A DNA stretch of 39,640 nucleotides from Candidatus Krumholzibacteriales bacterium. Lineage in GTDB: Bacteria; Krumholzibacteriota; Krumholzibacteriia; Krumholzibacteriales; WJIX01. How positions within the stretch are numbered: the stretch's first letter is position 1; each line of letters begins with the position of its first letter. Positions 7,633-16,962 of the stretch are shown piece by piece. Location: assembly GCA_046483305.1 (NCBI GenBank), contig JAWODM010000005.1:1-39640 (forward strand), written 5' to 3'. Both the position numbers and the translations under genes were made by a program. A model generated the notes under the pieces. The model did no database searches, was not told the origin of the DNA, and was given only the letters and a program-made list of their open reading frames with translations.

Positions 7633-8846
7633 TGTTCGCCTCCCTCGATTTGATTTAAAATCCATACTGCCAGATTATTTATTGAGTCGCATTTTTCCGC
7701 CGGAAAATCATCATCGATTTCCTGGATAGACACCACACGCCTTTCTTCGTTCTTCCCATATACTGAATCCATCTTTCTCAAATGCCTCCCCATTGCATCC
7801 ACGGATTCCCGGAGGGGATCTGATCCTTTTTCCAGGTTTACAGGTTTAATATAGGCATTAGCCAGAGTTCTCGGCTGGCTGCTGCCGCTCTCAATCAGCA
7901 TTGTATTGGCACGTGAATAAGGGGCGGTAGAACCTAATTTGGCGCCGGGGGATACTGTTGCAATTATATGTACAAGGTTATGAACTATTCTGGCAGATAG
8001 TGTCCTGTCTGCTTTTGCCCAATCCTTTCTGTCAACCCCCTCGAGGTTGGAAACAAGCTGAGGGAGATCGACTACCACGTATCCGTAATATATGTTACTG
8101 GTTAATTCTGTTTCATTAATATGTCCACTGCCGAGTTTTCCTTCTGCCTTTACCAGATCATCGACAGCGGTAAAGAAATCAGTTTCTGTTTCTTCCTCAT
8201 GCACACTGAAAGCATGCGCCACATGAATTGCCGCATCGCCCCTGGAAAGGATGTCAGCCGTGACCATTCTGCCGAAAAGAGCCGCATCGAGGCCGCTTGC
8301 CTTGTCCAGAGCCTGCAGATTTTTCTTTAATTCACCTTTTTGTATTTTTTCTCTGCATCTTTTTTCAATTTCCTCAACCGAAGAAGCATCACTAATTAAT
8401 TCCTCGGTCAATCTTTTCAAATAGTTTATTTCCGGCCTTCCCAGCACTACGAGCTGTGGAGTTTCAATGGCCAGAGCTTCTTCTTTCTCAGTTTCTTTTT
8501 TTCTTTCCAGATTAATACCCAGGACTGTATTAACCAGTTTGTTCAGAGCTTTGTATAGGTAACTTCTGTTATAGCCCTTGCTCAGGAGGGGTTTGGCGAT
8601 TTCATTCTCAAAAATCCCTCTTGACCTCACCGACATGTCAAGATTGTCTGATCCCTCCGTAATGCTTTTCAGAGAATAATCTCCTTCGTATACTCTCCAG
8701 TGCCGTTTGAGGCACTGGGAGGAGATTCGAATCCGGCTTGCGCCCCCAAAGGGAATTCTCTTGGCAAGCCCCAGATCGTCTCTATTTAGAAGGCTTGCAT
8801 GGTAGGGGGTTAAATAGTGCAATTGGATAAACCTGGGTTCACTCAT
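7629..8846 (-). CDS. cas7: Type I-E Cas7 (Cse4/CasC)
   Basis: FIQLH.L......LNRDD.G.AK...FGG..R.RISSQCLKR.WR, D.ALFGRM, VAHAF, DFFTAVDDL; ATG at 8846 follows GGAGG. Confidence 0.95.
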   Translation of the reverse strand: MSEPRFIQLHYLTPYHASLLNRDDLGLAKRIPFGGASRIRISSQCLKRHWRVYEGDYSLKSITEGSDNLDMSVRSRGIFENEIAKPLLSKGYNRSYLYKALNKLVNTVLGINLERKKETEKEEALAIETPQLVVLGRPEINYLKRLTEELISDASSVEEIEKRCREKIQKGELKKNLQALDKASGLDAALFGRMVTADILSRGDAAIHVAHAFSVHEEETETDFFTAVDDLVKAEGKLGSGHINETELTSNIYYGYVVVDLPQLVSNLEGVDRKDWAKADRTLSARIVHNLVHIIATVSPGAKLGSTAPYSRANTMLIESGSSQPRTLANAYIKPVNLEKGSDPLRESVDAMGRHLRKMDSVYGKNEERRVVSIQEIDDDFPAEKCDSINNLAVWILNQIEGGEQ

Positions 8847-9405
8847 TGCCGCTACCCTCCTGTTCCAACAATTTATAGTAATCGATGGCAATCTTCTCTC
8901 TTATTTCTGCTTTTTTCTCGGGATTAGTGGAGAGTATAAGTGCGGCAAATTCTATCCAATTTAATCTCTGACTTCTTGAAGCAAGATGAATTGAAACTCT
9001 CCGGACACTGTCAAAAAAAGCAGAACCGGATGATTGCAATAACCTGGTCAGTCTTGATTCAGAGAAATGGCTCTTAGCCAGAGCGATCCCCATAGCTATA
9101 TTGTGATCGTGATGAAATGGAAACATTCGGGCCATTCCTGCAAGGATTACCGACCAGCTTTTTGATTTCATCTCATCCGGATATTCTTTCCTGGCATTCT
9201 CCGGGATATATTTGTTAACAATTTTCCGGAAAGACGGGCTGGTATTATCAAAGCTGGTGATTCTTCGAAATTCTGCCAGATCTCCCCTGCTGATCATTTC
9301 CCTGTTCATAGCATTGGCAATACCATTTACCATAATAGATAGCTCTTTACTCTGGAAATGATCATATCGCTTTTCTGTCTGAAACCCGATTGGCATCATA
9401 TGCAT
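8839..9405 (-). CDS. cse2: Type I-E small subunit Cse2 (Cas11/CasB)
   Basis: Position between cas8e and cas7; GDLAE.RR, G.ALA...FSE.R..RLL, R..IA.DYY. Confidence 0.85.
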   Translation of the reverse strand: MHMMPIGFQTEKRYDHFQSKELSIMVNGIANAMNREMISRGDLAEFRRITSFDNTSPSFRKIVNKYIPENARKEYPDEMKSKSWSVILAGMARMFPFHHDHNIAMGIALAKSHFSESRLTRLLQSSGSAFFDSVRRVSIHLASRSQRLNWIEFAALILSTNPEKKAEIREKIAIDYYKLLEQEGSGNE

Positions 9406-10930
9406 CCTTTAAGAAAGAAGTTAAAGATCGCTCCAATCTATTCGTTGATTTGGCAATCGTTCTGTATTTCTGTGCAGAAGGTATTGGCAGGGCTTCCTTA
9501 GCTTCAAGGAAGATCTCAATAGCAATATCTATCAGTTGATTCCTCCATTTCCATACTGCCTTTTCTGTTATTTCCGAATCAGCTTTCCCGGATGAATTTG
9601 CTTCAGCCAGTACTTTCCATAATGCCTGGAAAAAAATCAGGTCAACACGGCGGTCAAATTCCGATAACCATTTTCCCGCCCGGGTATCCTGCCATTCCAG
9701 TTCTCCTGGCGCTCCTTGAATCAATGACAATAATGCCGGTTTTAAATGTCGAATTCTTGCCGATATTGCATCTTCAATCCAGTCCTGTGACATCTGGGCT
9801 GCCAGACCGCTTTTATTTACAAGCATATTCTTGACGGGCTCAGGAATTTGAATAGTTCTCTCATGGATACCTGTGGTCTTGCCCTTGCCTCGAGATAAGG
9901 CAGAGCAATAGAGGTAATTCTCTTTGCTATTGAATGCAGAACAAATATTTGTCTTATAGTTTCCACTGAATAGGATTTCACATAACTTGTCGTATCTGAA
10001 ACCGCTTTTCCCGATAGTAAGCGCCTTTTTCCCCTTCTTTTCAATTGGAATCCAGGGATCGCCTACGTTTCCCCTGTGCTGCTTTGCTCCTGATATGCGG
10101 CAGTTATTCGTACTTTTTATATTCATTATTATTTTCCCATTTTTCTTTGTAAAACGCGCTCTTCTGCATACCTCGATGTAGTAGGGCGCAAGATCATCTA
10201 ATCTCAAAGGCGCTTTCCCATCCCATTCATATAACCAGAGTAATTCCTTGTCGCCTTTCAAGAATTGATGATTCGATATAACCTTGTTTCTGTTATTTAC
10301 AAGCACTCTCAGATCGCGAGAAAATTTCATGTTCCATTCAATTCCCGGAACCATGCTTACCAGAGGCCTGTTACCATAACCGCTGTTTATGCGGCTTATC
10401 TGGGTATATCCTCTACCCGGATACCCGCCCATGGTTTGAACTGTAATCAGGGAATATGCCCACAATTCGCACGATGTATGACGAATACGCCCCTTTTTAA
10501 TATCATGATTCTTTGTAAGAACGAGCAGATCAACGGTACCATCAATATCAGGTTCTGCTATTTTCTTGAATTCTCTTAATGTTCCCTCCGGCACGGGTGG
10601 TTGAAAGAATGCCGGTTTCGAAAGATCATTCACAATGAGATGCCAGGGTTCATCCCGCGGCCAATCTGAAGTAAGATTTCTTAATATTTCCTTCCATTTC
10701 TTTTCTTTCAGGGGAGGTTCCTTTAGACCGGCCCGGAAACAGGCTATTGCCGCAAGTTGAACCAGGAACGAATACCAGGCCTGTTTCTGGTGCGGCATCA
10801 GTTTGTTAAATGATATTATCGTCGGTGATTCGCGGCTTAGCGCTGATAATATTTCAGGGAGATTTAAAGATTCGTCCTCACACCCGACATTAACGTCAAA
10901 TATCTTATCCGTTAGGAGATTATGTTTCAT
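9362..10930 (-). CDS. cas8e: Type I-E large subunit Cas8e (Cse1/CasA)
   Basis: NLL.D, HQ..AW..FLVQL, PAF.QPP, KNHD.K, YIEVCRR, DPW.P; first gene of the Cascade operon (ORF track start is 10948). Confidence 0.88.
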   Translation of the reverse strand: MKHNLLTDKIFDVNVGCEDESLNLPEILSALSRESPTIISFNKLMPHQKQAWYSFLVQLAAIACFRAGLKEPPLKEKKWKEILRNLTSDWPRDEPWHLIVNDLSKPAFFQPPVPEGTLREFKKIAEPDIDGTVDLLVLTKNHDIKKGRIRHTSCELWAYSLITVQTMGGYPGRGYTQISRINSGYGNRPLVSMVPGIEWNMKFSRDLRVLVNNRNKVISNHQFLKGDKELLWLYEWDGKAPLRLDDLAPYYIEVCRRARFTKKNGKIIMNIKSTNNCRISGAKQHRGNVGDPWIPIEKKGKKALTIGKSGFRYDKLCEILFSGNYKTNICSAFNSKENYLYCSALSRGKGKTTGIHERTIQIPEPVKNMLVNKSGLAAQMSQDWIEDAISARIRHLKPALLSLIQGAPGELEWQDTRAGKWLSEFDRRVDLIFFQALWKVLAEANSSGKADSEITEKAVWKWRNQLIDIAIEIFLEAKEALPIPSAQKYRTIAKSTNRLERSLTSFLKDAYDANRVSDRKAI

Positions 10931-11067
10931 TCCGGAATGATATTTCATAGTTATCCAGAGCTAATTTCAATAAATGAAGTTGTTACCAGCTTCGTGGAAT
11001 CCAACTCCACTCTGATTAACTGTGAAGTCCTCCCGGAACGCTGCACTTCCCCTAGTATTCACTCCCT

Positions 11068-11098
11068 ATTAATAAACAGATATTTATATTAATGTCAA
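11068..11098 (-). promoter_or_regulatory. Putative sigma70-type promoter of the Cascade operon with an overlapping inverted repeat
   Basis: Perfect TTGACA (11098-11093) followed 17-18 nt later by an imperfect -10 (TTATTA/TATTAA); ATTAATA-N12-TATTAAT palindrome at 11068-11093. Confidence 0.4.
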
Positions 11099-11263
11099 GG
11101 GCTTCCTGGAAAATGACTGATTCCACCTATGAGCATTCTGGTGTCGAAATCAGTCCTCCATTTCCTGATACTGGATAAACCAGGCTTCTGGAAAAGCAAA
11201 TCTGGTCTCCCCGGACTGTCCTTTGATTTCCCGGTCTGAAAAGCGGGGGTTTATTTTCATCAT

Positions 11264-11411
11264 GTAGATATTCTGGACGGAACGCCGCTGCTGGATATCA
11301 AGTCCTGCGTTCAGCAGTTCGACGCCAGAAAGAAGGTCAGGGGTGGGTGGCTGGATTCAAAGGTGGATAATCTCAAAGGGGACCAGGGACAACGGGAGGT
11401 TCTCAGAGTAG
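11264..11411 (+). pseudogene. Displaced, diverged duplicate of the trmO 3' end (attR-like)
   Basis: Translates VDILDGTPLLDIKSCVQQFDARKKVRGGWLDSKVDNLKG/ARDNGRFSE*; 118/147 nt identical to 5426-5572 by manual count, plus a 1-nt insertion. Confidence 0.9.
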
Positions 11412-11457
11412 ATTCTGAGATCATAAATGGAAGCCGGCAGCGATTAGGCCGACGCGC

Positions 11458-11547
11458 TTATTTATTTCTTCTCTGTATCTTGTTTTTTATCCAGCTGATC
11501 GTCCAGCATAATAAAATAATAACAACTAACGCCGCTATGGCATCCAT
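11458..11547 (-). CDS. Putative 29-aa single-TM small protein
   Basis: MDAIAALVVIILLCWTISWIKNKIQRRNK; GAGGGG RBS; starts 20 nt after the nitroreductase stop. Confidence 0.4.
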   Translation of the reverse strand: MDAIAALVVIILLCWTISWIKNKIQRRNK

Positions 11548-11567
11548 ATTTCCCCTCTGTTTGCTAT

Positions 11568-12068
11568 CTACCAGCTTTCCCGGTGAACCCTTTCTTCGTC
11601 GTACTGGGTTCTGGCATCCTTGCGCTCTGCCGGTTTGCCGATTGAGATCAGGCTGAGCACTCCGATATCCTCCGGTATTCCGAGAACCTCTCTGATAGCG
11701 CCGACTCTGTCTTCTCTCGGATGGCAACCCAGCCACACCGCGCCCAGGCCCAGCGACGCCGCGGCGATAAGTATATTCTCTGTCGACGCGGAGCAGTCCT
11801 GTACCCAGTAATCGGGAGAGGTCCCGGTATCTCCGCAGACCGCTATGGCGGCGCCCGCCTCTGCCAGCATCTTGCCGTAAGGATGCGCTTCGGCCATCTT
11901 ATTCAGGGTCGCGCGCCCGGTTACCACCACAAAGTGCCACGGTTTCCTGTCCCTGGATGAAGGGGCGGCCATCCCCGCTTCCAGCAGCTTCCGGATATCC
12001 TCCCTTTCTACGGGATCGCCGGTATACCTCCTGATGCTTCTCCTTGCCAGGATAATATCGATAGACAT
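11568..12068 (-). CDS. Nitroreductase family protein
   Basis: RRSIR.Y, AAPSS....PWHFVVV, DCSA..ENIL.AA..LGLGAVW.G. Confidence 0.93.
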   Translation of the reverse strand: MSIDIILARRSIRRYTGDPVEREDIRKLLEAGMAAPSSRDRKPWHFVVVTGRATLNKMAEAHPYGKMLAEAGAAIAVCGDTGTSPDYWVQDCSASTENILIAAASLGLGAVWLGCHPREDRVGAIREVLGIPEDIGVLSLISIGKPAERKDARTQYDEERVHRESW

Positions 12069-12139
12069 ATCATACCTCCGTTACTTATTTTCCTTGTTCT
12101 TCCTCTCATTTATAAAGAGGCCGCTCGTTGCCGTTCCGT

Positions 12140-12949
12140 TCAAATCTCTTTCAGCCCCCTCTGACGCACCGCTTCGTAAAGAAGTAGGGCCGCCGAAACA
12201 GAGGCGTTGAGTGAATCGGCCGCTCCCAGCATCGGTATCTTTACCGCTTCCCCGGCCTTTTCGAACCATACCCGGGAAAGCCCGGAATGCTCGCTCCCAA
12301 TTACCGCCGCCACGGGCCCGGTCAGGTCCGCATCGGTATAGAGGGTTTCGGCCTCTGGAGAGGTGATTACGATCCTGATGCCCCGCTCCCTGAGAAAACC
12401 GATTACATCATCCCTGGAGGCGGCAGCCGTGGGAACCGAAAAAACAGTTCCCATGCTGGCCCGGATAACATTCGGGTTGAACAGGTCGGTCCTCCTGTCG
12501 CTGACTATCATCCCCGAGCTGCCCGCCCCGTCAATCGACCGGAGCATCGCTCCCAGGTTCCCCGGTTTTTCAATTGAGTCGGCTACCAGGTATAACGGGT
12601 TGGAGGCCGGGGGCAGGTCGGCAAGGGATAGTGACGGCTTCTCCGCCACCGCGGCGAATCCGCCGGTGCTCCCCCGGTATGCTATTTTGTCATAAGCCTT
12701 GCTGCTGACCGATTTTGCCGGGGCGGCATTTCTCAATCTGCCCAGCAGCATCCTCTGTTCTTCGGTGCTTATGATATCGGGGCAGTAATATGCCTCCCGG
12801 AATACCACTCCCGCGCTGAGGGCCATTCCGATCTCGGCCGGCCCTTCCACCAGGGTGAGGCCGTGCCTGTCCCGCTCCCGCCGCTTGCGCAGACGGGCGG
12901 CGAACTTCAGGGAAGGATTCGAAGCGCTGGTTATATCAGGTTCATTCAC
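12140..12949 (-). CDS. TrmH/SpoU family RNA 2'-O-methyltransferase
   Basis: ITS..NP, EKPGNLGA.LRS, IRASMG, GSE..GLS, IPM.G..DSLN.SV. Confidence 0.93.
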   Translation of the reverse strand: MNEPDITSASNPSLKFAARLRKRRERDRHGLTLVEGPAEIGMALSAGVVFREAYYCPDIISTEEQRMLLGRLRNAAPAKSVSSKAYDKIAYRGSTGGFAAVAEKPSLSLADLPPASNPLYLVADSIEKPGNLGAMLRSIDGAGSSGMIVSDRRTDLFNPNVIRASMGTVFSVPTAAASRDDVIGFLRERGIRIVITSPEAETLYTDADLTGPVAAVIGSEHSGLSRVWFEKAGEAVKIPMLGAADSLNASVSAALLLYEAVRQRGLKEI

Positions 12950-13032
12950 AGGGCCCCGCCGTGTTAAGTTAACAGGTTACCTGTCTGATATTAACATTCC
13001 GGGGAGGTTTTGTCTTGCCTGAATTCAGAAGA

Positions 13033-14163
13033 TTATCCCCGCTTCTTATCCCAGGTGCGGCTTCTTCTTCCGGCCAGGTAATGGAGCCCCGCCACTAATA
13101 CGGCGGTATTGGTGGAGAGGAAGTAAGCGGGGATATAGAAAGGCCTGAACCCGGAAAGGATGCCGGTCACCGCGGCGGAATAGAAAGCTACCTGGGCCAG
13201 GAAGATTATCGAATAAACCGGAGTCCGGGGCATGAAGAAGTTCAGGGCCAGGATAGCGAGCAGCAGGAACGGCATGGACCACCTCAGTATCTTGTGGGAG
13301 ATAAGCTCGAATGAAATGGCGGGGTAGCGCAGCGGGTTCAGAAGGTGCGAAACGCGCGCGAGGCTCTGAATCCCCCTGATCACCACCCGCTTCTTTGCCT
13401 GAAACTCAACCCGCATGTCGCTGCTGGCAATATCCTTTTCGGTACTCACCGCGTCCATCTCCAGGACCAGGCGGTACCCTTCCGTATACGCCTGCAGCGG
13501 TTCTATAAAATCATCGTCCACCTCAGCCGGTAGCGGTTTGTAAAGCTCCCTCCTGATCGCGTAGATGGAGCCGTTCGCTCCGATGATAGAATGGAAACGG
13601 TCCTCGTAGCGCTTCAGCATCTTCTCATATTTCCAGTAAGTATTCTCTTCCTCGCCCTCTTCCTTCAGCTGGAGGTTTCCACAGACCACTCCCACACCGG
13701 GGTCGCTGAAGTGGCGGGCCAGCTTTACCAGCGCAGCCTTCCGGTACATGGCGTTGGCATCGCTGAATACTATAACTTGAGAACCTGTCTGCTTTACCGC
13801 CTCGTTCCTGGCTATAGTCTTGCCCTGCCTTCCCTCGACCCTTATCAGCTTTACTCCCTTTTCTTTGTATTTCATGGTTATTTCGTCGGTCCGGTCGGTG
13901 GAGCCGTCGGACACTACCGCTATGGTAAGCAGGCCCTCCGGGTAGGAGAGCTCCAGGCTGTTGAGTATCTTCTCCTCGATGATATCCTCTTCGTTGTATG
14001 CGGCAATCAGGAGGGTGATGTCCGGGAGGGTAACTTCTTCGTTTTCAAGCCTGTCCTTTGAGCCCTTCCGGCCTGACGACAGAAGTGCCAGCAGAAGGGG
14101 ATAGCCGAAGTATGTATACAGAACAGAGAGTATAAGGATAAAGAAGATAATCTGGATGAGCAT
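13033..14163 (-). CDS. Glycosyltransferase family 2, membrane-bound
   Basis: IAAYNEE, SDGSTD.T, FSDAN, GANGSIYA.RR, DDF; N- and C-terminal TM helices. Confidence 0.92.
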   Translation of the reverse strand: MLIQIIFFILILSVLYTYFGYPLLLALLSSGRKGSKDRLENEEVTLPDITLLIAAYNEEDIIEEKILNSLELSYPEGLLTIAVVSDGSTDRTDEITMKYKEKGVKLIRVEGRQGKTIARNEAVKQTGSQVIVFSDANAMYRKAALVKLARHFSDPGVGVVCGNLQLKEEGEEENTYWKYEKMLKRYEDRFHSIIGANGSIYAIRRELYKPLPAEVDDDFIEPLQAYTEGYRLVLEMDAVSTEKDIASSDMRVEFQAKKRVVIRGIQSLARVSHLLNPLRYPAISFELISHKILRWSMPFLLLAILALNFFMPRTPVYSIIFLAQVAFYSAAVTGILSGFRPFYIPAYFLSTNTAVLVAGLHYLAGRRSRTWDKKRG

Positions 14164-14190
14164 AATTCTTCAGTCCCCTGCGCTCGATCG

Positions 14191-15186
14191 TTATCTATTG
14201 AGACGGTAGAATATCGATATCCTGTGAAAATCTCCCAGATCTCCGTAGGGTGTGAACGCGTAATCGATCCGGAATTCCTTCCCCAGGTTAATACCGCCTC
14301 CTGCCGTGAACCCGTCCGCTATTCTTGATTCATCGGCGACGTATCCCGTTCTGAGAAACAGAATTTCCCCGATTTCGAGCTCCCCGCCGAAACAGCCGTA
14401 GATATCCTCGTATTTCGGTTTGACCATATCGGCGGCAATAGTCAGCCTGCACTTATTGAAAAGCCCTCTGACTGAATAGGAACCGCCGAATCTGGCGCAG
14501 AAGGGGAGTTCTTCCTGATGGGATATGAATTTAATCTTCGGCCCGATATTATTGACTGAGGCTCCAAACTGAAGGCCCGATACCGGAGGTTTGATCAGTA
14601 TGCCCAGGTCCAGCGCGTAACCGCGGGCTGAATAATCGGCAATTTTCTCCTGGAGATACTTGGCGTTCATCCCTATCCCGAGGTATTCGGCCGGCGCGAA
14701 GGAAATTCCCACCGAACCGCTGAGATTATTATTTTTCAATGGGTCAGTCTTCTCTCCCACCGAGTTGAAGCCCTGAATCTCAGGCGCCGAGAGGTATGTC
14801 AGGCCCGCCCCGAAGAAAATTTTCGGGTGCACCCTCTTCATGGCGAACGCATTGTTGTAGTTGGTGTCCATAATCCACTGGCTGTGGAAGATCCCAATGC
14901 CGGTCTCGGAGCAGTTTGCCAGTGAGGCAGGGTTTACCAGCCAGCTGAAGGGCGCGCCGGGATTAGCCGCGCCGGTTTCGCCCATCGATATCATGGTTCC
15001 GCCCACGGGAAGTTCCAGATAACTGGCCCCGGTGCTCCCTGCGCCCTCGGCTCCCGCAGCCACGGGGAGCAGGAGAAGAAGGAGAAAGATAATGACAGAT
15101 GTGGAATTTATTGCAATATTTCTTTTTGTCATCATTCCCATACTATCTGCCCCTTTTGTTGAAGTATATTGTTCCATTTTTGCCAA
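14191..15186 (-). CDS. PorV/PorQ family outer-membrane beta-barrel (T9SS-associated)
   Basis: Signal peptide, GA.YL..P.G....SMG, NPA.L, A.DLG, LP...RFG, IDYA..PYGDLG..HRIS; true start may be a downstream Met. Confidence 0.8.
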   Translation of the reverse strand: MAKMEQYTSTKGADSMGMMTKRNIAINSTSVIIFLLLLLLPVAAGAEGAGSTGASYLELPVGGTMISMGETGAANPGAPFSWLVNPASLANCSETGIGIFHSQWIMDTNYNNAFAMKRVHPKIFFGAGLTYLSAPEIQGFNSVGEKTDPLKNNNLSGSVGISFAPAEYLGIGMNAKYLQEKIADYSARGYALDLGILIKPPVSGLQFGASVNNIGPKIKFISHQEELPFCARFGGSYSVRGLFNKCRLTIAADMVKPKYEDIYGCFGGELEIGEILFLRTGYVADESRIADGFTAGGGINLGKEFRIDYAFTPYGDLGDFHRISIFYRLNR

Positions 15187-15516
15187 TAAGGCAATGATTT
15201 TTTCAAAAATAGTGGTATCCAGTTATTCCCTGTTACTTCTTATATGTCCCATGGCTGCCTCAAGCTCTTTTCATAACATATTATCCGCAACTTATATGCC
15301 ACCGGACGCCGCAACTCCTCCTGATCAGTGCAATGAGGAACAGAATATGCAAACTCTCGATCTGGCAAGCTGTTTTCGTTAGATTATTGTTAAAAAGCTG
15401 GTCCCGGATGCCACGGCAAGGCAAATTGCTTGAAAGCGGGGAAATTATGTGAAATAATACTCTAAAGCCAACCGGATATATTATGGAGCTCAAAGCCTGA
15501 TCTTAAGTCAAGGGAA

Positions 15517-16878
15517 GTGATGGTTTACGAATATTTATACCGTTATGTGGTATTCCCCTTCTATGACAAGTTTATAAAGAGGAGGGGGATCTACAATTAC
15601 TATAAGGAACTGACAGGAAACTCCTTCATGCCTGAGGGTGAGCTGAAGAGGATGAGGAGGCAGAAACTGAACCACCTTGTCAGGTATGCTTACCAGAACG
15701 TTCCCTTCTACCGGGATATGTTCGACAGGAAGAAGGTGGAGGCGGAGGAGGTTTTCGATATCGATGGCCTGAGAAGGTGCGGGGTTTCCACCTCCAAGAG
15801 GATCCTCCGGGAGTCACCCCTGTCTATTTTCTCCAGGAGGTATAACCGTAATAGTCTTCTGAACAGCTCGACCAGCGGCTCAACCGGGGAACCGTTTCTG
15901 GTACACATGCGTTACGATGACTGGTGCAGGAGGATGGCTTTGAAATACAGGTCCGAAAACTGGTTTGGAAAGGATATCGGTGCCCCCACAACGATAATAT
16001 GGGGCCACAAACCCGACCTTTCGGGTCTTGGGCTGGTAAAGGAGAGATTATACTGGAGGTTCCAGAATTACAAGTTCCTCTCCGCTTTCAACGTGGGTGA
16101 AAAGAGCCTGTTGGAATACATAAAAATTATCAAGAGATGCCGTTCCCGTTTTCTGGAATCCTACGTCACGGTGGTCTATGAGCTGGCCCGTGTAATCGCC
16201 GAGCACGGCCTGGAACCACCGAAGCTGGACGGTATTGTGATAGGGGCGGAACGGCTTTTCGATTTCCAGAGGAAAGCGATAGAAGAATCTTTCAACTGTC
16301 CGGTTTATAACCGCTACGGCTCCACGGAGTTTTCCAATATAGCTTCAGAATGCGTCAGCAGGGAAGGGCTGCACATGAATTCCGACTGTCTCTGGGTGGA
16401 GGTGGTTGACGAGAATGACCGGCCGGTCATCGGAAAGCCGGGTCAGATTGTAGTTACCGACCTTCATAATTACGCCATGCCTCTGATCCGTTACAGGACC
16501 GGCGATATCGCGATTATGAGTGAAAAGAAGTGTTCCTGCGGAAGAAATTTCCCGATGCTGGAGGATGTCATGGGAAGGGCTTCAGATACCCTGATCACCG
16601 AGGATGGTACCAGGATGCATGATATGTTTTTCCTGTGGAAACTCTCCCGGGTTCCGGGAATAGACCGTTTTCAGGTTGTTCAGGATTCGTTGAACCATAT
16701 TACCGTGAATATTGTTCATGACCGCTCGGTGGAGAGGGATGTTACCACAGCCGGGGTGGAGGGCGCGCTGCACAAGCTTTCCGATTTTAGTATATCAATA
16801 GATATCGAGTACGTGGATAATATCGAGGTAAGCAGGATGGGTAAAACCAGCTTTTTCAGGTCCGATGTAAGCAGTTAA
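15517..16878 (+). CDS. Phenylacetate-CoA ligase family / CapK-like adenylating enzyme
   Basis: A..NVPFY, TSGSTGEP, YGSTE, TDL.NYAMPLIRY.TGD, GR..D, FQVVQ. Confidence 0.88.
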   Translation: MMVYEYLYRYVVFPFYDKFIKRRGIYNYYKELTGNSFMPEGELKRMRRQKLNHLVRYAYQNVPFYRDMFDRKKVEAEEVFDIDGLRRCGVSTSKRILRESPLSIFSRRYNRNSLLNSSTSGSTGEPFLVHMRYDDWCRRMALKYRSENWFGKDIGAPTTIIWGHKPDLSGLGLVKERLYWRFQNYKFLSAFNVGEKSLLEYIKIIKRCRSRFLESYVTVVYELARVIAEHGLEPPKLDGIVIGAERLFDFQRKAIEESFNCPVYNRYGSTEFSNIASECVSREGLHMNSDCLWVEVVDENDRPVIGKPGQIVVTDLHNYAMPLIRYRTGDIAIMSEKKCSCGRNFPMLEDVMGRASDTLITEDGTRMHDMFFLWKLSRVPGIDRFQVVQDSLNHITVNIVHDRSVERDVTTAGVEGALHKLSDFSISIDIEYVDNIEVSRMGKTSFFRSDVSS

Positions 16879-16962
16879 ACCCGGATCAATTAACAGGCGG
16901 GCTCCGGCGCCGCCGGTATTATGAATGATCCGCATTTATTATTTCGAAGGAGAGTGAACAAA

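Larger units (their letters stand above)
5426..11411. mobile_element. Genomic island integrated in the 3' end of trmO, carrying a Cascade-only type I-E locus
   Basis: Bounded by two copies of the trmO 3' end (5426-5572 and 11264-11411); interior visibly more AT-rich than the flanks; no integrase inside. Confidence 0.7.

Noticed and set aside
11068..11093. Distal spacer targeting the cas promoter (AAACAG.TATTT similarity)
   Set aside because: It needs a gap in the seed and involves low-complexity AT sequence.
5573..11263. CRISPR-associated transposon or Cas5/Cas8-HNH fusion system
   Set aside because: No TnsABC, TniQ or integrase ORF; Cas5 and Cas8e are of ordinary length with no HNH motif; the spacers do not match the trmO attachment core.
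15032..15493. Short ORFs in the divergent porV/capK intergenic region
   Set aside because: No motifs or convincing RBS; they partly overlap the porV-like gene, and this is probably promoter DNA.
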